A stretch of 64,000 nucleotides of DNA. Source: Phycisphaeraceae bacterium (lineage in GTDB: Bacteria; Planctomycetota; Phycisphaerae; Phycisphaerales; Phycisphaeraceae). Shown one piece after another: positions 33,068 to 46,464 of the stretch (position 1 is the stretch's first letter; every line of letters begins with the position of its first letter). The DNA lies in NCBI GenBank assembly GCA_963674705.1, contig OY771506.1:5475118-5539117 (forward strand), in the 5' to 3' direction. The translations under genes were made by a program, and so were the position numbers. The notes below the pieces were generated by a model. That model was given only the letters and a program-made list of their open reading frames with translations, had not been told where the DNA came from and did no database searches.

Positions 33068-34728
33068 AGCATGCCGATCGACAGATGATCGATGTATCGT
33101 CCTTCAAACGCCGGATCGAGATTCAGCTCGATCGTGTCGATGGACTTAGCAACGTCGACCACTTTTTCGAGTTTGCCGCGGTTCATCAATACCTGGAAAG
33201 CCCCGGCAAGCGATGTATTGCCTACGACCTTCACCTGCTCGGGTCGGAATCCCGGCAATAGCCCACATGCGATCGCGTGATGGATGTTCAAGCCGGCGCC
33301 GAATCCGCCTGCAAGGTATAGCCGATCGATCTCGCTCGCCTTCATTCCCGTGTGCGACAGCATCGTCTCGATCCCCGCCGCGATCGCCGCCTTAGCCTGC
33401 AAGAGTTTGGCGATATCCATCTCGCTGACGAAGACAGAATCCGTCACAAAAAAACATCGGCCGTGCTTGTCACTGTGCTTGATGCGCTCGTGTAAACCCG
33501 CGGGCGCTGGATCAGTAAACCGGCCGGTATGTGTCAGTAACCCTACAGATACGCCTTCAGCTAACAGGTCGATATAAGCCGAACCACACATGCCAGTCGG
33601 CTCAATGTTGTGGATCACATCGATCCCCACGGTTAACGGCTCGCCTGCAAGATGAATGTGATTGATCGCCCCACCGCCGGCCCGCTGACCATGCGACAAG
33701 CCCGCGCCTTCAAACGCCGGCCCCGCCGCGGTCGCGCAGCCAAGCAGCTTATCGCCATGCTTCAGCACTATCTCGCCGTTGGTCCCGATATCAACTAATA
33801 GCGAAGTATCTGATTCATACAACATGCCCGATGACACGACACCAACCGTCAGGTCAGCCCCGACATATGCCGCGGCACTAGGCATCAGGTGAAATACCGC
33901 TTCCGGATGTAACAAACAATCCAAACCAAGCACGCCAGGCGGCACCTGCTTATGCTCGACAAACGCCGGCGTAAACGGCACGACACCCATCGGCGACGGG
34001 TCCTCACCTACCAGCAGATGCAGCATCGTCGTGTTGCCCGCAACCGTCAGGCACACGATCTGTTTGATATCCACATCCGCTTCATCCGCAGCCCGATGCA
34101 GCAAGGGCCCGATCGTTTCTTTGCCGACCGCGTCACGCAACACGTTCACGTTCGCACGATCTGTCCCGCAAAGATTGATCCGTGTCAGCACATCTTCGCC
34201 AAAACGCACCTGGTGATTCACATCCGATGCGCGAGACAACACTTCGCCATCTTCCAGATTAACCAGCATCAATGTGACCGTCGTCGTGCCCAGGTCGATA
34301 GCTGCACCGATCGGCTGCTCGATCCTTTTTTGACCCGACGCATTTTTGTCAGGCCAAATCGGATCATGTACCGAGAGGGCCTGCACATCAAACGCATCCA
34401 GCACGTCCGGCTCCGCCCATGCCAACGAATGTACCGGGATATCCAGCGCAAACGGCTCTTCGCCCGGCCGATGCTGGCATGCAAGCAGCGGAACCACGCC
34501 GTCCGTCGCACAGATCGCCTCATCATTGAATTGATCAATCACACAACCGGCGGTCAGACTCACGCGACACTTCTCGCACCGCCCCTCCTGCCCGCAAGGC
34601 ATATTCAAGGTGAAGCCGTGCTCAGCAAGGATCTGCGTCAGTAGTCGATCGCAGTCATCGGGATGAATGCGTATCTCATGCTCGCCCGACGGCGACTGCA
34701 CACGTATCGTATAACCGTCACTTGACAT
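33064..34728 (-). CDS. Reductive activator of corrinoid proteins (RACo/RamA-like; 2Fe-2S + ASKHA ATPase)
   Basis: PCGQEGRCEKC...LACQ ferredoxin; AIDLGTTT, FGEDVLTRI, AGNTTMLHL, DIGTNGEI, ATAAGPAFEG, LAGGFG, GNTSL.GA. Confidence 0.9.
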   Translation of the reverse strand: MSSDGYTIRVQSPSGEHEIRIHPDDCDRLLTQILAEHGFTLNMPCGQEGRCEKCRVSLTAGCVIDQFNDEAICATDGVVPLLACQHRPGEEPFALDIPVHSLAWAEPDVLDAFDVQALSVHDPIWPDKNASGQKRIEQPIGAAIDLGTTTVTLMLVNLEDGEVLSRASDVNHQVRFGEDVLTRINLCGTDRANVNVLRDAVGKETIGPLLHRAADEADVDIKQIVCLTVAGNTTMLHLLVGEDPSPMGVVPFTPAFVEHKQVPPGVLGLDCLLHPEAVFHLMPSAAAYVGADLTVGVVSSGMLYESDTSLLVDIGTNGEIVLKHGDKLLGCATAAGPAFEGAGLSHGQRAGGGAINHIHLAGEPLTVGIDVIHNIEPTGMCGSAYIDLLAEGVSVGLLTHTGRFTDPAPAGLHERIKHSDKHGRCFFVTDSVFVSEMDIAKLLQAKAAIAAGIETMLSHTGMKASEIDRLYLAGGFGAGLNIHHAIACGLLPGFRPEQVKVVGNTSLAGAFQVLMNRGKLEKVVDVAKSIDTIELNLDPAFEGRYIDHLSIGML

Positions 34729-35488
34729 CAGCCCCGCCTTCCGCGTCCACCGCCTTGATAATCTGATCGTCGCCGGTCATCCGATTTGTCTGGCCCGGTT
34801 CGACAACCAGAAAACGATCGGTATCCCAATCACCTTCAACCAGAGCACGAACGAGCGCCGGATCACCCGACTGCTCGTCATACGACCAGTCAAGCCAGTC
34901 GGCACATTCACGAGTGAATGACTTGTCCTGCTCTGTAGCCCCGACAGTCAAATGCACATAGGTCGCGCGGTCGTAGGTCTTGAACCACGTCTGCTCGCAC
35001 TCCATCAGGTAGTCGGCGTTGTCTTCTCCATACTTCTGCACGTATTCGTTGCGCAGCTTTTCGTAGCGTTCTTTGCCGGGCGGGATGTGATGCTTGTTCC
35101 AGCCGGGCGAATACCAGTATGTGCCCGGATGCTCCGCAACGTATTGCGCGTAACGTTCCTTGCTGCCCAGAAGCAGCGTGATGCAGTCATGCGCCCGTGG
35201 GATCACAAGCCGACAACGTTTAGGCAATAAACCTTCCGTCCCTCGGCTGCACAATCCATACCCAAGCACGATCACTTCCGCCTTGTCTTCCGCTTCGATA
35301 CGATCGATCGCTGCCTGCAATTCGCGCTTGAGCCGGTCGGGCTCGTTGTGCAGGCCCTGCTCCATCTTCTCGATGTGCACGATATTGGATGAACCATTTA
35401 CAAAATGCTCGATCTCAAGCTCCATCACCGCGCAAAGCACAACCGCCACCCGCGCGCCCGTGTCTGCTTGAGCATCTTGCCTTTCCAT
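34718..35488 (-). CDS. DUF1638 domain protein
   Basis: CAVMELE, GLHNEPDRL, LGYGLCSRG, RAHDCITLLLGS, YWYSPGW. Confidence 0.85.
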   Translation of the reverse strand: MERQDAQADTGARVAVVLCAVMELEIEHFVNGSSNIVHIEKMEQGLHNEPDRLKRELQAAIDRIEAEDKAEVIVLGYGLCSRGTEGLLPKRCRLVIPRAHDCITLLLGSKERYAQYVAEHPGTYWYSPGWNKHHIPPGKERYEKLRNEYVQKYGEDNADYLMECEQTWFKTYDRATYVHLTVGATEQDKSFTRECADWLDWSYDEQSGDPALVRALVEGDWDTDRFLVVEPGQTNRMTGDDQIIKAVDAEGGADVK

Positions 35489-35523
35489 ACCCGCCCATCA
35501 TATCCGGATATCTACTCCACCTG

Positions 35524-36612
35524 CTATGCCTGCCCGACCGGTACTTCTTCCATCGGATAGCTGTTGATCACCTCGATCATGCGCAGGTAGTTCTCGAGAT
35601 TCACATAGTCCGGCACGGTGTTCGACACGCCCGGCATGTACCCGCCGCCAACGTTCAGCCGATCGATCTTCTCCCGCACGTGCGCTTCGACCTGCTCGGC
35701 GGTGCCGCGCGACATCAAATCGAGATCGATATTACCCATCAGGCAGATCTTACCCGGCCACTGCTGCTTGATCTGAAGCGGGTCCATCGCCTTGGGCTCA
35801 AGCGGCTGGATCCCCTTCACACCTACTTCCACCAGGTCGTCCATCACCGGGTACAGCTTCCCATCTGAGTGATAGATAAACGGCGCGCCGATCAATTGCC
35901 CCATCTTCGCGTACCGGTGCATCGTCGGGAACAGGTGCTGACGGAAAAAGTCAGGCGACATGAACGGCCCGGCCCCGTGGGCAATGTCATCGCTGTAAAA
36001 TAGCGCCCCGATCTTATCCCCCACACGATCAATCGCGCCCCGATACGCGTGGTACTGCGCATCAGCAAGCGATTGCATCAACTCCCGAACAAAGTCAGGC
36101 TCTTCATACATCGCAAAACACAGGTTGTTGAACCCCATCAACTCCCACGTAAACGTGAAGACATCCGCACCGTGCAGCAGGATCTTCATCGAATCCGGGA
36201 TCGCCTCGGCTACCTGCTCGAGCAGTTCATACTGATATTCGATCGAAGACAGGTCCCCCTCGGCCATGTCGTGCCAGCTCCATCGTTTCGACCGGTACTG
36301 CTCGGCCGATTCGATGACGGTCGACCCGGCGCCGAACGAATCCGCATCGCCTTTGCTTTGCTCCGCCTTCTGCGCCGCGGCAAGCTCTGGCTGCGGCATG
36401 AAGACCGACACCTGCACAAAGTCATACCCCGTGACCGTAAAAAACTCGACCAGGTCCTCGCCCGTCTTGGCGGGCCTGCCCAACACCGACGCCTTGTGTA
36501 CCGCATTGATATGAAAATCAAACTGCGGCGGCCTCAGCCATGCTTTACGTAATAACAACACATCCAGGAAACGCTCAAAATCCGGCGCGGGGTTTATCTT
36601 GGGTCGTATCAT
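35524..36612 (-). CDS. URO-D-fold methyltransferase-like protein
   Basis: LMGFNN, YSDDIA, MSPDFFR, YHSDGKL, QPLEP.AMD, MGNID, PGVSNTV. Start at MIRPK. Confidence 0.85.
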   Translation of the reverse strand: MIRPKINPAPDFERFLDVLLLRKAWLRPPQFDFHINAVHKASVLGRPAKTGEDLVEFFTVTGYDFVQVSVFMPQPELAAAQKAEQSKGDADSFGAGSTVIESAEQYRSKRWSWHDMAEGDLSSIEYQYELLEQVAEAIPDSMKILLHGADVFTFTWELMGFNNLCFAMYEEPDFVRELMQSLADAQYHAYRGAIDRVGDKIGALFYSDDIAHGAGPFMSPDFFRQHLFPTMHRYAKMGQLIGAPFIYHSDGKLYPVMDDLVEVGVKGIQPLEPKAMDPLQIKQQWPGKICLMGNIDLDLMSRGTAEQVEAHVREKIDRLNVGGGYMPGVSNTVPDYVNLENYLRMIEVINSYPMEEVPVGQA

Positions 36613-36696
36613 GCTCAAAGTATATCCATGTCCGAAGTGGTTCGCCCCACCGCGGATGATTGGAATTGATACTATTTTGCATGTTAAAGTTGGACC

Positions 36697-36751
36697 CGTT
36701 TAGCTCCGCAGCTTGCTGCGAATAAAGAGCGACAAGCTGCAAAACTAAACG
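36697..36751. repeat. REP-like palindrome / hairpin downstream of xylA
   Basis: cgtttag...gcagcttg ... caagctgc...ctaaacg. Confidence 0.55.
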
Positions 36752-36778
36752 TTGATATTTTGTGACAGCGCCGGATTA

Positions 36779-38113
36779 TTAAATCGCCTGATTAATCAGC
36801 GCCTCATACAACTCCTGTTTACCGCTGATCTGTACTGGCTCGCCGATCTCGGCGCCGATCTTGGCAAGCTGATCAAGCGACAATTTGCCGGCCTCGAATT
36901 CCGCGCCGCTGCCGGTATCGAAGCTGGCGTAACGCTGGCGGCGCATCTGAAGATACTTCGAGCTGGTCAGTACCTTGTCGGCGATGATCGTCGCGCGGGC
37001 GAAGTTATCCATGCCGGAGATATGCGCGATAAACAGGTCTTCTGGATCGGTCGAGTTGCGGCGGGTCTTGGCGTCGAAGTTAATGCCGCCGCCTTGCAGG
37101 CCGCCGGATTGCAAAACGATCATCATCGCCTGGGTCAGTTCGTACAGGTCGACGGGGAACTGGTCTGTATCCCAGCCGTTCTGGTAGTCGCCGCGGTTGG
37201 CGTCCATGGAACCGAGCATGCCGGCGTCGGCAGCAACTTGCAGTTCATGCTCAAAGGTGTGGCCTGCAAGCGTCGCGTGGTTCACTTCGACGTTGATCTT
37301 AAAGTCTTTATCCAGACCGAAGTGCCGCAGGAAACCGACCACTGTGGCGGAGTCAAAATCGTACTGGTGCTTACTCGGTTCGCAGGGCTTGGGCTCAATG
37401 AAGAAGTTACCCCTGAAGCCTTGGTCTCGCGCATAATCGCGAGCCATTATTAAAAACTCTGCGAAGTGTTCCTGCTCTCGCTTCATGTCGGTATTGAGTA
37501 GCGACATATACCCCTCACGCCCACCCCAGAAGACGTAGTTCTCACCGCCCAGCGCGATCGTCGCATCAAGCGCGCCCTTGAGCTGCGCCCCGGCATAGGC
37601 AACCACGTTGAAGTCCGGATTGGTCGACGCACCGTTCATATAGCGAGGATTGCTGAAGAGATTCGCGGTGCCCCATAAAAGCTTTACACCTGAGGCGGCC
37701 TGCTTCTGCTTTGCATATTCAACGATCGCGCCAAGCCGTTTTTGTGATTCGGCAAACGTTTGGCCTTCAGCGACAAGATCGTAATCGTGGAAGCAGTAGT
37801 AATCCACACCGAGTTTGGTGATGAACTCGAACGCGGCATCCATCTTGTCTTTCGCCGCCTGATTCGGATCGCTTGCCGCGTCCCATGGATACACCTTCGT
37901 ACCTGGACCAAACGGATCGGCGCCGGTCCCACAGAAGCTGTGCCAGTATGCCACGGCAAACCTCATGTGATCCTTCAGCGCCTTGCCCGCCACCTTCAGG
38001 CCTGGGTCATACCACTTGAACGCAAGCGGGTTGTCCGACTCGCGGCCCTCAAAAGGAATCGCACCGATCCCGGGGAAAAACTCACGATCGCCTAGGGTGA
38101 TGTTTGTCGACAT
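36779..38113 (-). CDS. xylA: Xylose isomerase (class II)
   Basis: [52 protein letters not shown]. Confidence 0.97.
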   Translation of the reverse strand: MSTNITLGDREFFPGIGAIPFEGRESDNPLAFKWYDPGLKVAGKALKDHMRFAVAYWHSFCGTGADPFGPGTKVYPWDAASDPNQAAKDKMDAAFEFITKLGVDYYCFHDYDLVAEGQTFAESQKRLGAIVEYAKQKQAASGVKLLWGTANLFSNPRYMNGASTNPDFNVVAYAGAQLKGALDATIALGGENYVFWGGREGYMSLLNTDMKREQEHFAEFLIMARDYARDQGFRGNFFIEPKPCEPSKHQYDFDSATVVGFLRHFGLDKDFKINVEVNHATLAGHTFEHELQVAADAGMLGSMDANRGDYQNGWDTDQFPVDLYELTQAMMIVLQSGGLQGGGINFDAKTRRNSTDPEDLFIAHISGMDNFARATIIADKVLTSSKYLQMRRQRYASFDTGSGAEFEAGKLSLDQLAKIGAEIGEPVQISGKQELYEALINQAI

Positions 38114-38135
38114 GGTCAGATTCCTTTTCGTGTCT

Positions 38136-39623
38136 TCAGTGTGTTAATAATGCTTCAAGGCGCTTGCGCCAGGACTGGTAAAACGTTTGCGTCTGCTGGA
38201 TTTTGCCTTCTTCCGGCTCGGTCTTGCCGACCAGTTTCAGCGTGCTGAACGCCTCGGCGGACGACTTGTAAACCCCCGCGCCGATCCCCGCGCCGCGTGC
38301 AGCACCGACCGATCCATCCGTATCGTACAACTCGATCCGGGCCCCCGTCACATTCGCCAGTGTCTGGCGGAACAGATCAGACAGGAACATGTTCGCTTTG
38401 CCGGCTCGGATAACCTTCGGGTCCATGCCTGTTTCCTGCATGACCTCGATTCCGTACTTGAACGAGAAGACGATCCCTTCTTGAACCGCCCTGCAAAGAT
38501 GACCATTAGAATGACTATTGAATTGCAGGCCATACAACGTCGCGCCGGGATCGGCGTTCTCAAGCACGCGCTCCGCCCCGTTGCCGAACGGCATAAACGT
38601 CAGGCCGTCACACCCGATCGGCGCTTTGGACGCAGCATCATTCATCTGCTGATAACTCATCGACCCACCGAGTGTGCGACGCAACCAGGCGTTCGAACTG
38701 CCTGTTCCGTTGATACAAAGCAATAGGCCGAGGCTGGCTTGTGTATCGCTGTGGTTGACATGCGCGAATGTATTGATGCGCGACTTGGGATCGTAACGCA
38801 GCGAATCACTGACGCCGTAGACCACGCCGGATGTGCCCGCCGTCGCCGCGATTTCGCCGGGATTCAATACGTTCAGCGATAGCGCGTTGTTCGGCTGGTC
38901 CCCCGCACGATATGCCACCAAAATACCGGGTTTTAAGCCTAATTCTTCTGCAGCATCTGAAGTAAGTTCGCCTTGTTCACCGAACGTCTGGACGATATCC
39001 GCCAGCATGTCAGGTTTGATTCCATAATGCTCAAGCAGGAAGTCCGCGGCGGATGCGTTCGTAAAATCCCAGAACATGCCCTCGGTTAAACCCGACACCG
39101 TGGTCGCAACTTTACCCGTCAAACGCGTAGCGATGTAATCACCGGGCAGGCACACTTTATCGATCTTCGCAAAAACGTCCGGCTCATTGTCGTGCACCCA
39201 CTTCAACTTACTCGCAGTAAAGTTACCCGGGCCGTTCAAGAGATGTCCCAGACACTTATCGCTGCCCAGCGCCTCAAGCGCCGCTTCACCAATCGGCACC
39301 GCCCGGCTGTCACACCAGATGATGCTAGGCCGAACCGGTTGCTGCGCTTTATCCAGACACACCAGCCCGTGCATCTGGTAAGCGATCCCGATTGCCTTGA
39401 TATCATCCGCTGATGCGCCGGCTTCCTGCATCGCGCCGGCGATCGATGCCTTGGCGGCTTCCCACCACGCGTCCGGGTCCTGCTCCGCCCAGCCGGGCTT
39501 CACCGCCTGGATCGCCATCTCCTGTTTCGGGTTGAAGTCTGAACCAACGACCCGGCCTGTCTGCGCATCCAGCAGACTCGCTTTGACCGAGGAACTTCCG
39601 ATGTCCAAACCAAGCAGCAGCAT
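38136..39623 (-). CDS. xylB: Xylulokinase (FGGY family)
   Basis: [26 protein letters not shown]. Adjacent to xylA; GGAGG before MLLLG. Confidence 0.93.
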   Translation of the reverse strand: MLLLGLDIGSSSVKASLLDAQTGRVVGSDFNPKQEMAIQAVKPGWAEQDPDAWWEAAKASIAGAMQEAGASADDIKAIGIAYQMHGLVCLDKAQQPVRPSIIWCDSRAVPIGEAALEALGSDKCLGHLLNGPGNFTASKLKWVHDNEPDVFAKIDKVCLPGDYIATRLTGKVATTVSGLTEGMFWDFTNASAADFLLEHYGIKPDMLADIVQTFGEQGELTSDAAEELGLKPGILVAYRAGDQPNNALSLNVLNPGEIAATAGTSGVVYGVSDSLRYDPKSRINTFAHVNHSDTQASLGLLLCINGTGSSNAWLRRTLGGSMSYQQMNDAASKAPIGCDGLTFMPFGNGAERVLENADPGATLYGLQFNSHSNGHLCRAVQEGIVFSFKYGIEVMQETGMDPKVIRAGKANMFLSDLFRQTLANVTGARIELYDTDGSVGAARGAGIGAGVYKSSAEAFSTLKLVGKTEPEEGKIQQTQTFYQSWRKRLEALLTH

Positions 39624-39828
39624 GTGTACCTCCAAGGAACCATGATAAAACGTTTTTCTTCGCTTTACCATGCCATTTCACGAATCGTACACACATTTTA
39701 CACTCCCCGCGACAATGCACACCCCACCACGAAAAAGCGGCTTCGATGCGATATGAGCACCGAAGCCGCGGATGGTTGAATACTTCCGGGAGGCTACTCC
39801 CAGGAGCCACTTCCGGGGGCGGGGGGGG

Positions 39829-42102
<2,274 letters not shown>

Positions 42103-42203
42103 TCATCTCCTACAAGTTGTAGATCTCAGTTTTTATGAATTAGCCCGATCAAGCTGATAGAACTGGTCCTGATCGGCCGCCGGTTGCTTTAGCTTAGGCT
42201 GCA

Positions 42204-42635
42204 TCAGTGCTGCGTTTTTGTTTTAAGACACTGCGGGCAATGGCCCCAGTAAATGACTTCCGCCTCATCGATCTCGTAGCCGTGCGGGTCCTTGACTTCA
42301 AGGCACGGCGCTTTGCCGACCGCACAATCAATATCGATTGTCTTCCCGCATCTGCGACAAATCAGGTGATGATGATTGTCGCCCACGCGGTCCTCATAAC
42401 GGGCCGGCGAACCGGACGGCTGGATACGCCGAAGAATGCCCTTGTCGGTCAAGAGGCCCAGCGCATCATATACCGCTTGCCGGGAAACAGCATTGATTTC
42501 GGATCGGACAAGCTCCACGACCTCGGCCGCCGTGCAATGTGGCCGCGCCGACACCGCCTGCATCACCGCCAGCCGTTGCGCGGTGACCTGCAGGCCGAAT
42601 TCATGAAGCGTCTTGGCCGGGTCGAGGTCTTGCAT
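42204..42635 (-). CDS. furA: Fur-family peroxide-responsive regulator (FurA-type)
   Basis: [43 protein letters not shown]. Directly upstream of katG; start moved to MQDLD. Confidence 0.88.
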   Translation of the reverse strand: MQDLDPAKTLHEFGLQVTAQRLAVMQAVSARPHCTAAEVVELVRSEINAVSRQAVYDALGLLTDKGILRRIQPSGSPARYEDRVGDNHHHLICRRCGKTIDIDCAVGKAPCLEVKDPHGYEIDEAEVIYWGHCPQCLKTKTQH

Positions 42636-42643
42636 GGATTGGG

Positions 42644-42671
42644 AGTATAGCCATATTCTGGACTGTGTCAA
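42644..42671 (-). promoter_or_regulatory. sigma70-type promoter of furA-katG (leaderless or near-leaderless)
   Basis: TTGACA (42671-42666), 16 nt, TATACT (42649-42644), 8 nt, ATG. Confidence 0.7.
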
Positions 42672-42799
42672 TAATTGGGCAATGTCAATTTTGAGCGGTG
42701 TTCGGGATACTCAACCCGATCTGATACAACAAAAGAAGCCCACGGATGCTATCCCTGGGCGTTAGGTTTTAGGCATCAATAATTTAGGCGATTGCTCTT

Positions 42800-42940
42800 T
42801 TAGAGCGATTCGCATGATTAATGACCGTCATACCCGCGCACGCGGGTATCCACGCGCCCAATGAATCGCTGTACATGGATCCCCGCCTTCGCGGGCATGA
42901 CGACAATCGGTGCGGCCAAAAATAAGGCGAATCGCTCTAA
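42800..42940. mobile_element. 141-bp MITE-like element with nested REP/dRS3-like inverted pair
   Basis: Perfect 14-bp terminal inverted repeats ttagagcgattcgc / gcgaatcgctctaa. Inner inverted pair cgtcatacccgcgcacgcgggtatcca (42826-42852) / tggatccccgccttcgcgggcatgacg (42876-42902). Confidence 0.75.
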
Positions 42941-42964
42941 CTACAGGGGAGAGCGGCCCGTTGA

Positions 42965-42995
42965 AAGACATCTAATATAAGTTATATTAGATGTC
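42965..42995. other. Perfect 14-1-14 palindrome, also parsable as a dif-like Xer site
   Basis: gacatctaatataa-g-ttatattagatgtc. The 11-6-11 parse is AAGACATCTAA TATAAG TTATATTAGAT. Confidence 0.5.
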
Positions 42996-43157
42996 CTAAC
43001 CGGACCGGTAAACTCAGCGGGTGAGTTGGCGGGGTAAAGGCCGTCTCTACCCTATGCGGGATGAGCAAAAATCAATAACACGGTTTCAACGGATTTCGCT
43101 GCACGACACCCATGGCCACACGCCCTCGCCGCGTTGGGGTGAGATAGCCGGGGGAAT

Positions 43158-43268
43158 TCACGAACTCGGTTCGACGGCCGTCGCGCTTTGCATGCGGGTG
43201 CGCAGGTGGTCCAGCACGTTCATGTAGTTGATGTAGCTGTCGTAGGGGGATTCGTACGGGTTGAAGTA
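43158..43268 (-). pseudogene. Orphan 3' fragment of a GH57 (alpha-amylase-like) gene
   Basis: Manual translation YFNPYESPYDSYINYMNVLDHLRTRMQSATAVEPSS*, matching the remembered GH57 C-terminal motif YFxPYxSPYxxxINYMNVL. In-frame stops lie ~12 codons upstream. Confidence 0.7.
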
Positions 43269-43281
43269 CAGCGTTCTCAAT

Positions 43282-43630
43282 CCAAACGTAGCGGGTGCCG
43301 CACTTCACGGTCATGCCCCCTTTGTGCGCACCAATCCGTCGTCGCACCCTATAAGGGACGACGCTTTTTTTTGATTGCGTCACCTATGGCCGCAGCGGTG
43401 TCCGCCCGGTGTATGACCTGTGTCCCCCTGTGTCCGCCCGGTGGCTGCCTTACGCATTAACGGACAGTAAACGCAGGCCCGGACGTCCTACCCCGAAATG
43501 CGGACATCACGCGATCCGTTCTTTGACAAGTAGATAGCGATAATTCGGCCCAAAAATAGAGGGAGGGGGCGGACACGGCCACCCCATGGCAGTGTGATCT
43601 GGACCCAAACATATCGAGCGCCGCACTTCA
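43282..43630. repeat. 26-bp imperfect direct repeats (43282-43307 and 43605-43630)
   Basis: ccaaacgtagcgggtgccgcacttca vs ccaaacatatcgagcgccgcacttca (22/26 identical). Confidence 0.65.
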
Positions 43631-43771
43631 AAGCTATCACCGCGCACACGGCAACGACGACATGTACCATCTTTCGCATGGCGACGCGACGATACGGGCC
43701 CCGGAACGCTCAGTTGGTGTGTGATTGCTGTAGCCGCGTTGCGACACAACGCAGGCCGTGAACAGAAAGCA

Positions 43772-44920
<1,149 letters not shown>

Positions 44921-44943
44921 CGTCTATACCCTTCGTACTTATC

Positions 44944-46455
44944 TTACGTGCCCGGCTTCTGTGCGTATGGATCGATCGCGTCGCGCAGTGCCTCCCCGAC
45001 CAGGTTGTACGCGAACACCGTCAGGAAAATCGCCCCGCCGGGGTAGATGGCTATCCACCAGAAGAAGCTGCCGCCCAAGCCACGAGCCTGGTTGAGCATC
45101 TGCCCCCAGCTCGGTTCATCTACAAGACCAAGTCCGAGGAAGCTGAGCGTCGCTTCGGTGAGGATCGCCGCCGCGATACCGAAACTCGCGCTGACCAACA
45201 CAGGCGCAACACCGTTCGGCAACATGTGCTTGAACAACACTGACCATAACGGCAAGCCACACGCCCGCGCGGCTTGTACATAATCCATCTGCCGCAGCTT
45301 CAAGAACTCGGCGCGCGTAAACATGGCATACCCCACCCAGCCGGTGAGGCCGATGATCACCATCATCAGGTACAGGTTTCGCCCGTAAAACGCGACCACC
45401 GCGATCAACAGATAAATCGTCGGGATCGAACTGAACACCTCGACCAGACGCATCCCGATCAGGTCCACCAACCCGGAGAAGTACCCCATCAGCGCGCCGA
45501 TCACCACACCTAAAAATAGCGCAATACCCGTTGCGATAAACCCGATCGATAGCGCGATACGGCTGGCGTGGATCATCCTGCTTGCCAGATCTTCGCCGTA
45601 CGCCGTCGTTCCCATCAGGTGCATGCGTGCGCCTAATGGTTCGTCCGGGTAAGCCTTTTCCGTCCAGTGCTCCGGGTACTTCGGCTTGCCGTCGTCGTTA
45701 AGCTCCTGCTGCTTCGGGTACGTCCCCGGCGCGAGCAGACGTGCATCCGGTAAGTCACGCATGCGATCCGTCGGCGAATACGGGATCAACGTGTACAACA
45801 CGTACTGCGCATCACCCGCCCTCAAAGCCTCACGGTACTGCGACATCACCACCGCGCGCGGCGGCTGCACGGGATACACAACCAGCAACACCGCGATCGG
45901 CAGCAGCAAACACACCGTCACGATCTTCGCTCGCATGCGGGTCGAACTTACAAGCGGGATCAAGACCAGAGGCAAGGCTAACAGCGTCCCCAACATTAAA
46001 GTAATCACCATCAGCGTGACACCGCCCATCGCCTCCTGCCATTGACTCCAGCCCCGCGAGATCTCTCCCCAGCAAGCGAACGGGATGATCGCAGCGAGCA
46101 CCCAAGTCGCGATCGCGCAGCGGTTGCCGAACGACATCTTCTTTAGGAAGAACAGCAAGATCACCGCGAGACTGAACACAACAAGAATCACATCGACCGG
46201 CGTCAGGTGCTTGAGCAACGGGCTCGACCATTGGCTGTCCGCTTTGAACAGGATCGGATGGCTGTTGGCGAGGAACGGCGCGAATACCGCGAAGAACGCC
46301 ACGATCAGCATCCAGAGCAGCCCCAGCCTTGCGCCCCATCGGCCAAGCAACTGATACACGATGCGCCCCAGCACGCTGCGGCGGAACGGCAACTCCGCGC
46401 CGCTTACGATGTCGGCCGCTTTCGGTGGTTCAGGTTGTATCGCCGCCTGTGTCAT
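44944..46455 (-). CDS. Peptide ABC transporter permease (OppC/DppC-like) with extra TM segments
   Basis: HLMGTTAYGEDL, DYVQAARACG, HMLPN, EATLSFLGLG, GEALRDAIDP. Confidence 0.9.
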   Translation of the reverse strand: MTQAAIQPEPPKAADIVSGAELPFRRSVLGRIVYQLLGRWGARLGLLWMLIVAFFAVFAPFLANSHPILFKADSQWSSPLLKHLTPVDVILVVFSLAVILLFFLKKMSFGNRCAIATWVLAAIIPFACWGEISRGWSQWQEAMGGVTLMVITLMLGTLLALPLVLIPLVSSTRMRAKIVTVCLLLPIAVLLVVYPVQPPRAVVMSQYREALRAGDAQYVLYTLIPYSPTDRMRDLPDARLLAPGTYPKQQELNDDGKPKYPEHWTEKAYPDEPLGARMHLMGTTAYGEDLASRMIHASRIALSIGFIATGIALFLGVVIGALMGYFSGLVDLIGMRLVEVFSSIPTIYLLIAVVAFYGRNLYLMMVIIGLTGWVGYAMFTRAEFLKLRQMDYVQAARACGLPLWSVLFKHMLPNGVAPVLVSASFGIAAAILTEATLSFLGLGLVDEPSWGQMLNQARGLGGSFFWWIAIYPGGAIFLTVFAYNLVGEALRDAIDPYAQKPGT

Positions 46456-46464
46456 GCTTCTTTC

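Noticed and set aside
42736..42762. gaagcccacggatgctatccctgggcgt hairpin, and similar short hairpins at ~39760 and ~56215
   Set aside because: Probably degenerate REP-like or terminator hairpins, too short and imperfect to assign.
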